From a virus, in IMG/VR virus record IMGVR_UViG_3300045284_000065, positions 1-64,000 of that record: 64,000 nt of DNA, one strand, 5' to 3'. This document shows positions 1-7,180 of this stretch, one piece after another (position 1 is the first letter of the stretch; each line of letters starts with the position of its first letter). Both the position numbers and the translations under genes were made by a program. The notes beneath the pieces are model-generated. The model was not told where the DNA came from and made no database searches. It worked only from the letters and a program-made list of their open reading frames with translations.

Positions 1-270
1 CGCCCGTCACAAGGCGGGCCGCACATCGCGGCCCTCCGCGCCGCGGAGCACGCAGTGCTCCGCGGCGCGGAGGGCGGTCGAGCGCTCGCGCGGGGCGCGC
101 AGCGCCCGGGGCGCGGCCCGGGGCGCGCGCCGCGCGCGCCGCAGGCGGGCGCGCTGGGCGGGCGCACCGCATCGTCGGCGGTGCGCCGCAGCGCCCAGGT
201 GGGCGGCGGGGGGACACCACCGGCACCGCCTGACCACGCTACGCGCTGGGCGCGCAGCGCCCCGGCGCGT
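1..270. repeat. Extremely GC-rich, palindrome-rich non-coding stretch (possible genome-end region)
   Basis: Near-pure G/C with recurring GCGCAGCGCCC / GCGCGCTGGGCG units in both orientations; no credible ORF. Confidence 0.55.
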
Positions 271-587
271 TAGATGGGGGCGGGCGCGTCGCCAGCCGTG
301 GCCCACAGGGGCGGCGAGGTGCTCACCATCGTCACCTCGCACTCGCAGGTGAGCAGGCCAGCCACGCGCCGCGCCTCCCACTCGGTGAACGGGCCAAGGA
401 TGGCCTGTGGTCGGTGGTCGCTCTCCACCGGACGACGCCACTCGTCAACGAACGCCGTGGCACTCCCGTCCCAGCACAGGATCACGTACGTGACGCGCGG
501 GGCCACGCGTGCGAGACGGTCGAGGCGTTCGATCGTCTCGGCGGCGTGCTCAAAGGGGTGCTGTTCCAAGGGGAAGTTGTCAGTCAT
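270..587 (-). CDS. Hypothetical phage protein
   Basis: MTDNFPLEQ... start; ATGA overlap with upstream ORF. Confidence 0.65.
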   Translation of the reverse strand: MTDNFPLEQHPFEHAAETIERLDRLARVAPRVTYVILCWDGSATAFVDEWRRPVESDHRPQAILGPFTEWEARRVAGLLTCECEVTMVSTSPPLWATAGDAPAPI

Positions 588-930
588 CGTGTCGTTCCAA
601 GCTGCTCGGTGGGTGGTAGTGGTTCCAAGGGTTCCAAGGGGCGTGGCTCCCACACTGCGACGTGAGCGTGGGCGATCTTGAAGGCTCGGCGGATGGCCTT
701 GATGAGTTCCAAGCGATCCACTTCCAAGGCATCCAGGGGTGCGTTCCACTCAGGCACTGGTGACTCGTTCCAAGACGGCGCGCACCTCGTCAAGCGTTAC
801 CACGTCACTCCACTCTTCATTGTTGACGCGGTGACTCCACAGCAGGGTGATCGCGATCGGGCAGACCAGTTCCAAGGGCTGCACGTCGGCCTCTTCGGCC
901 TGCTCGTACAGCGGCTCGGTCAGTTCCAAG
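563..930 (+). repeat. Cluster of 8 GTTCCAAG octamers
   Basis: Copies at 563, 594, 622, 631, 706, 767, 869 and 923, all in the same orientation. Confidence 0.9.
584..757 (-). CDS. Small hypothetical protein
   Basis: GTG start VPEWNAP..., overlapping or coupled to both neighbours. Confidence 0.5.
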   Translation of the reverse strand: MPEWNAPLDALEVDRLELIKAIRRAFKIAHAHVAVWEPRPLEPLEPLPPTEQLGTTR

Positions 931-1118
931 TGGTTGTCGGTGTCGATCAGCACGTCGAGCACGTCGTCCCAGCCAGCACCACGCCAATGTGGATTGACCA
1001 TGACGAAGTTCTGCAGTGCTGCGGCGCACTCGGTGGGCATGTTCTCGCGCACCCAACGCAGTTGGCCCGATGGGGATGATGCGTCCCACCCTGAGGAACG
1101 CTGTGTGTCACCGGTCAC
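750..1118 (-). CDS. Hypothetical protein
   Basis: AAGGAG RBS before GTG at 1118; acidic globular sequence. Confidence 0.6.
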   Translation of the reverse strand: MTGDTQRSSGWDASSPSGQLRWVRENMPTECAAALQNFVMVNPHWRGAGWDDVLDVLIDTDNHLELTEPLYEQAEEADVQPLELVCPIAITLLWSHRVNNEEWSDVVTLDEVRAVLERVTSA

Positions 1119-1275
1119 GGTCCATCTCCTTGCCGTCGAATCCGTCCTCGAAACCTGCCTTGAAGTCAGCGAACGTCCCGGCCTTGGCAGCGTCTGCGAA
1201 GTCCCAGCGCGGGTCATAGGTGTCGTCCTCGCGGCGAATCTGGCCGCAGGCGTAGCCAGCCGTGTAGTCGCTCAT
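1108..1275 (-). CDS. Small hypothetical protein (55 aa, MSDYTAGYACG...)
   Basis: Read by hand, below ORF-track cut-off; ATGA coupling with 1272-1541. Confidence 0.6.
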   Translation of the reverse strand: MSDYTAGYACGQIRREDDTYDPRWDFADAAKAGTFADFKAGFEDGFDGKEMDRDR

Positions 1276-1541
1276 GGCGTCACCACCGGAGTCTGCGTGC
1301 GGGTGCGGGCGAGCATCGCCGTGTAGGACTCACCACGGTTGCGGTGCATGTGCTGCTCGGCCGCTGCTTCCTCGGCTGCGTTGTCGGCCATGCACTCTGC
1401 GTACTCGTCCTCGTACTTCCACGGCTTCTCGACCATCAGGACGATGTTGCGAGCCGTTTCGTGGTGTTCCAGCATCCAGTAGGCGAGGCGCACCACCTCG
1501 TCGTGCTCGTTCCACCAGCGGTCTGGAAAGAAGTCAGTCAT
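1272..1541 (-). CDS. Hypothetical protein
   Basis: RBS AAGGAG, typical codon usage. Confidence 0.7.
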   Translation of the reverse strand: MTDFFPDRWWNEHDEVVRLAYWMLEHHETARNIVLMVEKPWKYEDEYAECMADNAAEEAAAEQHMHRNRGESYTAMLARTRTQTPVVTP

Positions 1542-1923
1542 GATCGAATATCTCCTTGGTCACGTTGATGCCAGTTCGGTAGATGGCAGTGATGGGGAGC
1601 ATTCCGATGCAGGAGAGCCAGAACACTCCGAAGCAGATCACGTAGGCCTTGAAGTCAGGCCAGGTCGCCATCGCAGCGAACAGGATGCGAAGGCTGATGA
1701 GGCATAGGGCGATAACGGATGACCACCACAGCCACGGGTGGGAGCCGCGCGCCCCGGCCACCCAGCGGCTGAACCGCCGCCAGGGGCTGGGACCACGGGG
1801 TGGTGCCGGTGGTGACGATGGGTAGATGGGCGGGGGCGGCGGTGCCGGGGTGCTGTACTGCACCACCGGCACCTCGGGCCGCGGCGTGGTCGTGAGGCTC
1901 TTGGCCTTGAAGGGCGTGGTCAT
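1534..1923 (-). CDS. Membrane protein, Pro-rich N-terminus plus 2 TM helices
   Basis: Two hydrophobic segments. Confidence 0.7.
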   Translation of the reverse strand: MTTPFKAKSLTTTPRPEVPVVQYSTPAPPPPPIYPSSPPAPPRGPSPWRRFSRWVAGARGSHPWLWWSSVIALCLISLRILFAAMATWPDFKAYVICFGVFWLSCIGMLPITAIYRTGINVTKEIFDHD

Positions 1924-2156
1924 GATGCATCCTCGCCAACGAGGCCAATCATGCCCTCAACCTCGTCGTCCTGTTGCTGACCTGTGTAGTCAGTGACGAC
2001 GTAGGAGTCGGAGTATTCGAACTCGTACTCGGTGAGCACGCCTTGGTTGTTGCGGGCGTAGTCGTTCGCCTCGTTGAAGCTGTCGAACATCGCACCCTCG
2101 TCGCCGTCGATGGTGACGGTCCACTTGTAGACGTTCATGATGCGCTGATCCACCAC
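1920..2156 (-). CDS. Hypothetical protein
   Basis: Operon coupling; acidic. Confidence 0.65.
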   Translation of the reverse strand: MVDQRIMNVYKWTVTIDGDEGAMFDSFNEANDYARNNQGVLTEYEFEYSDSYVVTDYTGQQQDDEVEGMIGLVGEDAS

Positions 2157-2905
2157 TCCTGGGCAGGCTCGCTCTCGCCCTCGTTGTAGCGCTCCACCTT
2201 GTACTCGGCCTGGTTGGCAGAGGCGAACACCCAGCCGACCATCATCTGGACCGCCTCGGCTGGGCTGGTGGCAGTGAACGTGTTGCGGATGACCACGTCG
2301 TACTCCTGCTCGTCATCCTCCCCTGAGGTGTCGAGTGTGTCATCGGACACGGTGTACTCGTCGCGGTCCTGGGTGTCGGTGTAGCTCTCACGGTCCTGGC
2401 CCTCGGTGCCTTCCAGCGGGACGCCATCGACCGTGGCGACTCCGTCGTCATCGATCATGAGCACGCTGCCCACTGGCGTCTCGCCCTTCGGCTGGTGGTC
2501 GCGGTGGGCGATGCCCCGGACGTAGTCCACGAACGCTCCACAAGTGGGGCAGGCGTCGAGCGAGGCGTCGAAGTAGTACGAGCAGTGGTCGCAGAACCAG
2601 CCGTCCTCGGGCAGCGGGCCGGTGATGGTCACCGTGCGGATGTCGCCTGCGTTGGGCAGTGCGACCACCTGGGTGCCTTCCTCGACGTTCATCGGGTTGG
2701 TGAGCCATTCGACGTACATGTCCCAGGCCTGCTGGCGATCGCTGGCAGCGAACGTGGCCGACGTGGTGAAGCTGTACTCGCGCTCGGGAGCGATCATCGC
2801 GTCCTGCGCTGCTCGCCACTCGTCAAAGCCGAGACGGGTGTCGCATGTCGCCACGGCACGCTGCCAGGTGGCGTATTCCTCGGTGACCATGTAGTACCCG
2901 CTCAT
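2135..2905 (-). CDS. Hypothetical protein with zinc ribbon
   Basis: WFCDHC...CPTCG; ATGA overlap at 2902-2905. Confidence 0.7.
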   Translation of the reverse strand: MSGYYMVTEEYATWQRAVATCDTRLGFDEWRAAQDAMIAPEREYSFTTSATFAASDRQQAWDMYVEWLTNPMNVEEGTQVVALPNAGDIRTVTITGPLPEDGWFCDHCSYYFDASLDACPTCGAFVDYVRGIAHRDHQPKGETPVGSVLMIDDDGVATVDGVPLEGTEGQDRESYTDTQDRDEYTVSDDTLDTSGEDDEQEYDVVIRNTFTATSPAEAVQMMVGWVFASANQAEYKVERYNEGESEPAQEWWISAS

Positions 2906-3237
2906 GACCAGGTCGCCTTGTGCCCGCCGAAGTCGACGTTCTTGTAGCACCCTGCCTGGTAGGCCACCTCGCCCACCTCGTCCATGTACACGTCGGTCTG
3001 CTCGCCCTTGACGAACACCTTGCTGCCCCGCACCATCTCACGGGTGACCGTGTAGGTGTCGTTGGCGGTGAGGCTGATCCGCACCCGGTAGCCGTGGCCG
3101 ACCGGCAGCAGCAGGTCGGGGTAGCGCTCGTCGTCCAACGACGGCACCATGATCGCCCGCATGCCGCTGATCGCCATCAGGTTGCCGACGCCGATCTGCT
3201 GCAGCGTCTGCTGCGGCACCATCTCTCGCTCGCTCAT
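2902..3237 (-). CDS. Hypothetical phage protein
   Basis: AAGGA RBS; extended -10-like TGCTAGCAT at 3286-3294. Confidence 0.75.
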   Translation of the reverse strand: MSEREMVPQQTLQQIGVGNLMAISGMRAIMVPSLDDERYPDLLLPVGHGYRVRISLTANDTYTVTREMVRGSKVFVKGEQTDVYMDEVGEVAYQAGCYKNVDFGGHKATWS

Positions 3238-3304
3238 TGTGGTTGGTCCTTCTCAGTAGTGGGCGTGTCGCCCGGTGTGTTACTCATGCTAGCACCCGTG
3301 GGCA

Positions 3305-3550
3305 CTAATGGGCACTGTCGTCGTCTGGAAAGTCGAGTGTGTCATCCGTCACCAGGCGGAACTGCGAGAGCAGCGAACCCAGCCACGCCTGCCCCTCGGT
3401 GAGTGGAGGCCAGGTGTCACCGCATAGGCAGATATGGGCATCACGGTGCCCAGCCACCCGTGAGCAGAGGTGGTGCCAGATCGTGGTCACCGGCTCGTCC
3501 TCGCTGCTGGGGATCACGGTCTGCCACTCGCAGTCACACTCGCTCATCAT
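3305..3550 (-). CDS. Small Cys/His-rich hypothetical protein
   Basis: CxC...C...H...HxCxC pattern; coupled start. Confidence 0.55.
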   Translation of the reverse strand: MMSECDCEWQTVIPSSEDEPVTTIWHHLCSRVAGHRDAHICLCGDTWPPLTEGQAWLGSLLSQFRLVTDDTLDFPDDDSAH

Positions 3551-3612
3551 CGCCGCACCACCGATACGAAGCAGACCACGATGAACGCCATGCATCCGAT
3601 GCCGAACCACAT
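3547..3612 (-). CDS. 21-aa hydrophobic micro-peptide (MWFGIGCMAFIVVCFVSVVRR)
   Basis: Fills the gap exactly, with TGATG and ATGA overlaps on either side. Confidence 0.45.
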   Translation of the reverse strand: MWFGIGCMAFIVVCFVSVVRR

Positions 3613-3761
3613 CACGCACGCTCCGCGTTGTACTCGGCACAGCGCTCGCGCGCCTCGTCCTCGAAAGCGAAGGCGTCGATGACCTCGCCGTCCAACAGAA
3701 TCAACCAGGGCACCTGGTAGCTCTCGTCGTACTTGACCACGTACTCAACTGCGCTGCTCAT
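3612..3761 (-). CDS. Small hypothetical protein (49 aa)
   Basis: MSSAVEYVVKYDESYQVPW..., read by hand; good codon usage. Confidence 0.6.
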   Translation of the reverse strand: MSSAVEYVVKYDESYQVPWLILLDGEVIDAFAFEDEARERCAEYNAERA

Positions 3762-3764
3762 GGC

Positions 3765-4430
3765 TCACCACCCCCACCAGGGAGTGTTGCGCTCTTGGTC
3801 GCGCACACGGCGGCACTCGGACTGGCACCACGAACCCTGCCACTGGCTGCGCTGGCCGTAGCGACGGTGCAGCGTGGTCATCTCGGGCAGGTTGTCCGGG
3901 CTGATGTGCGGCCAAATGTCGTGCCAGACCACATGCCAGCGGGTTCCCTTGGGCCACTTGATCGTCATCGCGTCTCCCTGGTGGATGGTGACCCGGTCGC
4001 CGTACTCCTGCACGAACCAGGCACCGATGGTGTCGATGATGCGCTGGTCGCTCTCGACCACGTCAACGTGAGTGAGCACGTCCAGCATCGCGCCGACCAC
4101 GCAGCCCATGCCCAGCCCATTGACCAGTCCGGTGGCCTCGGGGAGGTTGGTGCCGTACAGGTCGGAGGCTGCGACGGCCAGGAGGTGATCGTGGCGCTCT
4201 GCGGTGGTGTCACTCATCCACAGTGTGTCATCCACCACCAGCTTGGCGTACTCACCCGGAGCGCAGCCACGGCCGTGCATGGCGTATTCCAGGCTCGCCA
4301 TGAAGGTGCCGAACGACTCGTTCGGCCCTCCCACCGTGAAGCGTGCGACGCGCACGCCGTTGGTGTCGAACTCCGGGCCTCGGTAGGCCAGGCGCTCCAT
4401 CCGGTTCATCGTTGGTGCGGTGGTGGTCAT
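3765..4430 (-). CDS. Class I SAM-dependent transferase (spermidine synthase-like)
   Basis: VNGLGMG motif I, VDVVE acidic motif II, IHQGDA, WHVVWHDIW. Confidence 0.75.
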   Translation of the reverse strand: MTTTAPTMNRMERLAYRGPEFDTNGVRVARFTVGGPNESFGTFMASLEYAMHGRGCAPGEYAKLVVDDTLWMSDTTAERHDHLLAVAASDLYGTNLPEATGLVNGLGMGCVVGAMLDVLTHVDVVESDQRIIDTIGAWFVQEYGDRVTIHQGDAMTIKWPKGTRWHVVWHDIWPHISPDNLPEMTTLHRRYGQRSQWQGSWCQSECRRVRDQERNTPWWGW

Positions 4431-4621
4431 GACGCCCCTCCTGAGGTGTCGGGTGTGTCATTCGACACAACATTGTCGGGGAGTGGGAACGTCCAGCCCT
4501 TGGCAGCGTGTGCATCGCTGCACACTCGGCAATCCGGGTTGCGGGGCTGTTTGAGGATGATGCCCGTGACGGGCAGGCCACACAGGGTGGCCTGCCCGTC
4601 GTTGGAGAAGTGGCTCATCAC
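4427..4621 (-). CDS. Small zinc-binding hypothetical protein
   Basis: H...LCG...CRVC. Confidence 0.6.
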   Translation of the reverse strand: MMSHFSNDGQATLCGLPVTGIILKQPRNPDCRVCSDAHAAKGWTFPLPDNVVSNDTPDTSGGAS

Positions 4622-5424
4622 GCCGCCTTGCCCTTGCCCTTCTTGGCAGCGTCGATGGAGGCCTGGAAGGCGTCCATCAGGTTGTCGATGGCAGCGGGTG
4701 CCTGGACGGTCGCCTTGGGAGCGCCACCGGCCTTGGAGTCCACGTACGCCTGCACCACCGGAGCGGTGTCGTCGGTGACGATCGGAGCATCGATGCCGAT
4801 CGCTTCGATCAGGCTGGTCGCCATGCCGACCTCGGTCTTGGTGAACCGGAAGTCGTCATCCAGCGGGATGGGCTTGCGGATGGCATCGGCGGTGAGCACC
4901 ATGAGCAGGTCACCCTCGTAGGTGAGGATGGCGTACCGGGCCGGTCCACGCATCGCCAGCTGCAGGAGAGCGCCCACTTTGAGCGACTTCATCCCGGCGA
5001 ACAGGAGCGCGAGCGCCTGGGTGGCGGGGCGGCTGGGCTTGCCCTTCTCGACCTTGGGGCGCACCTGGTACAGCTTCTCGGTGAGGTACTGACCGAAGTC
5101 CTTCACCGGCACGAAGCTGATGATTTCCGCCACGCCCTTGGGGGACGTGCAGGCGGCAATCTCGTCGTCGTCCAGTGCGACCCAGGAGCCGTTGGTGGCC
5201 TGCGCCATGCGGACCACGTCGGTCTGATGGACGACCTGCTCGGTGTCCTTGCGGATCGGCGCACGGCCGATCGGGACGTTGGGGTCGCCGTTGTAGAACT
5301 CCTTGCGGACGACTCGCGTCTCTTCGGTGGCCGTGTACACGCCCAGCTGGATGTTGAGCATCCCAGCGGAGACGGTGATGCTGGTGGTCGCCCGGGTGGG
5401 CATTCCAGCGAGGGAGGTGAACAT
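4618..5424 (-). CDS. ku: Ku-like DNA end-binding protein
   Basis: N-terminal RATTSITVSAGMLNIQLGVYTATEE and C-terminal NLMDAFQASI match prokaryotic Ku; RBS GAAGGA. Confidence 0.8.
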   Translation of the reverse strand: MFTSLAGMPTRATTSITVSAGMLNIQLGVYTATEETRVVRKEFYNGDPNVPIGRAPIRKDTEQVVHQTDVVRMAQATNGSWVALDDDEIAACTSPKGVAEIISFVPVKDFGQYLTEKLYQVRPKVEKGKPSRPATQALALLFAGMKSLKVGALLQLAMRGPARYAILTYEGDLLMVLTADAIRKPIPLDDDFRFTKTEVGMATSLIEAIGIDAPIVTDDTAPVVQAYVDSKAGGAPKATVQAPAAIDNLMDAFQASIDAAKKGKGKAA

Positions 5425-5463
5425 TGGTTGGTCCTTCTTTCGGGTTGTCGGGGACATGCACAT

Positions 5464-5721
5464 TCAATCAGGTGTGGGCACGATTGGGCACTCTTCCCTG
5501 AGGTGTCCAGTGTGATACTCGTCACACACTCGGCACCGGTAGGCGACGAGCTTGCCGATGCGGTAGCGCATCTTGACGGTGCCAGCGTTGTAGGCATCGC
5601 AGAGAGCCTGCGCCGCCTCCTGGGTCAGGGGGCGCTTGGCGCGGCCACGGGTGGTGTAGTGGTCGCGTGGGGCGAACACCGGAGCCACCCGCCCTTCGCG
5701 GGTGGCTCCGATCATGGTCAC
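5464..5721 (-). CDS. Hypothetical protein with YxCxxCxxYHxG motif
   Basis: AYRCRVCDEYHTGH. Confidence 0.65.
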   Translation of the reverse strand: MTMIGATREGRVAPVFAPRDHYTTRGRAKRPLTQEAAQALCDAYNAGTVKMRYRIGKLVAYRCRVCDEYHTGHLREECPIVPTPD

Positions 5722-7040
5722 GGCGTGCCGCCCAGCGCCTGGGCCAACGGATCGTTGGGGTCGGGCATCGGTGCGAACTGCGCCGCCGCCGCCTCGGCGT
5801 TGTAGCGGGCCTGCTTCTCGTCTTCCAGCAGCGATGAGCGGATGGTCTGAGCGTTGAGAATCTCATCCGCCGTGATGCGGTGGCGCTCATCGAACATGCC
5901 CAGGAAGATTTCGAGCGCCATCTCCACGCCGTGGATGCCGATGTTGCGCTGGATGCGCTGCAGCAGGGCCGTGGACACCGGAATGTTGATCTTCCGGTTC
6001 TGATAGGCGGTACGGAACGCCTCGGCCAGGCGGTGCAGGTTCTCGTTCTTGATGAGCGTGTGCTCCACCACGGGGTCGTAGTCCCACAAGATGTGGTCGA
6101 AGCGCTGGTGAAGTGACTTGTTCATCTTCGCCATATCCTCGTATCCCTCGTTGTACGTGGTGATGACCCAGCAGTCTTCGTGCAGCCGCACGAACTCGGC
6201 CATGACCACGCCGCCCTTGACGATCGCCTTGCCACGGTTCGTGAACTCATGGCGGTGGTCGAGCACCGGGTTGAGGCTGATGGCGTAGCGGGGCGGGATG
6301 GCGTTGATCTCGTCCACGTAGAGGATGCCCCCGGTCTGCGCCCACATCTCGACAGTGCCGGGGAGGTGAACGATGCGATCGCGGCCCGTGCGCTCATCGA
6401 CCATCGACACCGGCTGACCGAAGAAGTCGTAGTCGGTGACACCGGCCGAACCGGACAGGGTGTAGATGGGCATCGGCTTGGGCAGTCCCCGTTCCTCGGA
6501 CAGCTTCTCGGCCAGCTTCTGGACGATGAGCGTCTTGCCCGACTGCGTCGGACCTTTGAGAGCGAACGAGACGGCGTAGCCCTCGTTCTCGCGGCGGTTC
6601 TCGTCACTGGCGTAGGCGAGCAGCGTCTCAATGTCCGACTTGCCGTTCTTCATGGTGCGGCTGATGTACCGGGCGACCTTGCTCCCACGGCCGCACAGCG
6701 GGCGCAGGTGGTCGAGGCGCTTGTCCATCGGGTCGGTGATCGGATCGGTCAGCGATGACTTCGCCACCTGCTGCATCAGCTGCTGGGCGGTCGATGCGTC
6801 GTCACCTGAGGTGTCGAGTGTGTCATCCGACACAGCCTCTTCGACAGGCTCGGGCAGGTCAGCCAGGACACGGGGCAGCACGTAGGCCACGCTGCCATCG
6901 AACTCGACAGTGATCTTGCGGCGGCGCGGATCGGAATCCGGGAACACCTTGCTGGTGATGACGGTGACGGTCTCCCCCATGAGGGGACCCGACACAACCC
7001 GGTACTTGAAACCGGGGAGGAGTGCTTCGGCTGCGGCCAT
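5718..7040 (-). CDS. MoxR/CobS/NorQ-like AAA+ ATPase
   Basis: Walker A GPTQSGKT, Walker B LYVDEIN, sensor TTYN, LHQRF. Confidence 0.85.
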   Translation of the reverse strand: MAAAEALLPGFKYRVVSGPLMGETVTVITSKVFPDSDPRRRKITVEFDGSVAYVLPRVLADLPEPVEEAVSDDTLDTSGDDASTAQQLMQQVAKSSLTDPITDPMDKRLDHLRPLCGRGSKVARYISRTMKNGKSDIETLLAYASDENRRENEGYAVSFALKGPTQSGKTLIVQKLAEKLSEERGLPKPMPIYTLSGSAGVTDYDFFGQPVSMVDERTGRDRIVHLPGTVEMWAQTGGILYVDEINAIPPRYAISLNPVLDHRHEFTNRGKAIVKGGVVMAEFVRLHEDCWVITTYNEGYEDMAKMNKSLHQRFDHILWDYDPVVEHTLIKNENLHRLAEAFRTAYQNRKINIPVSTALLQRIQRNIGIHGVEMALEIFLGMFDERHRITADEILNAQTIRSSLLEDEKQARYNAEAAAAQFAPMPDPNDPLAQALGGTP

Positions 7041-7144
7041 GACGTGCTTCCTTTCGGGAGGCGGTTGGGTTCGGTGAGAGAGACATTACACCCGTGGAGG
7101 GCGGGATCAACACCTGTGGGCAGAAACGTGCAGGAGCAGGGAGG

Positions 7145-7173
7145 TTGCATGCTGGTGCCCACGGGAGTACGAT
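7145..7173 (+). promoter_or_regulatory. Sigma70-type promoter, probably giving a leaderless transcript
   Basis: TTGCAT-N17-TACGAT ending 7 nt before GTG 7181; no RBS. Confidence 0.6.
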
Positions 7174-7180
7174 CCTTCCC

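Larger units (their letters stand above)
1090..6833 (-). promoter_or_regulatory. Six dispersed, co-oriented 29-bp elements, plus-strand consensus CCTGAGGTGTCGAGTGTGTCATCNGACAC
   Basis: Copies at 1090-1118, 2322-2350, 3324-3352, 4440-4468, 5497-5525 and 6805-6833; function inferred. Confidence 0.8.

Noticed and set aside
4213-4238. Seventh copy of the 29-bp element (CAGTGTGTCATCCACCAC)
   Set aside because: Only a partial core, lacks CCTGAGG; may be chance
1090-6833. 29-bp repeats as a CRISPR array
   Set aside because: Spacing is 1.0-1.3 kb within genes rather than 30-40 bp spacers; repeats are degenerate; no cas1/cas2
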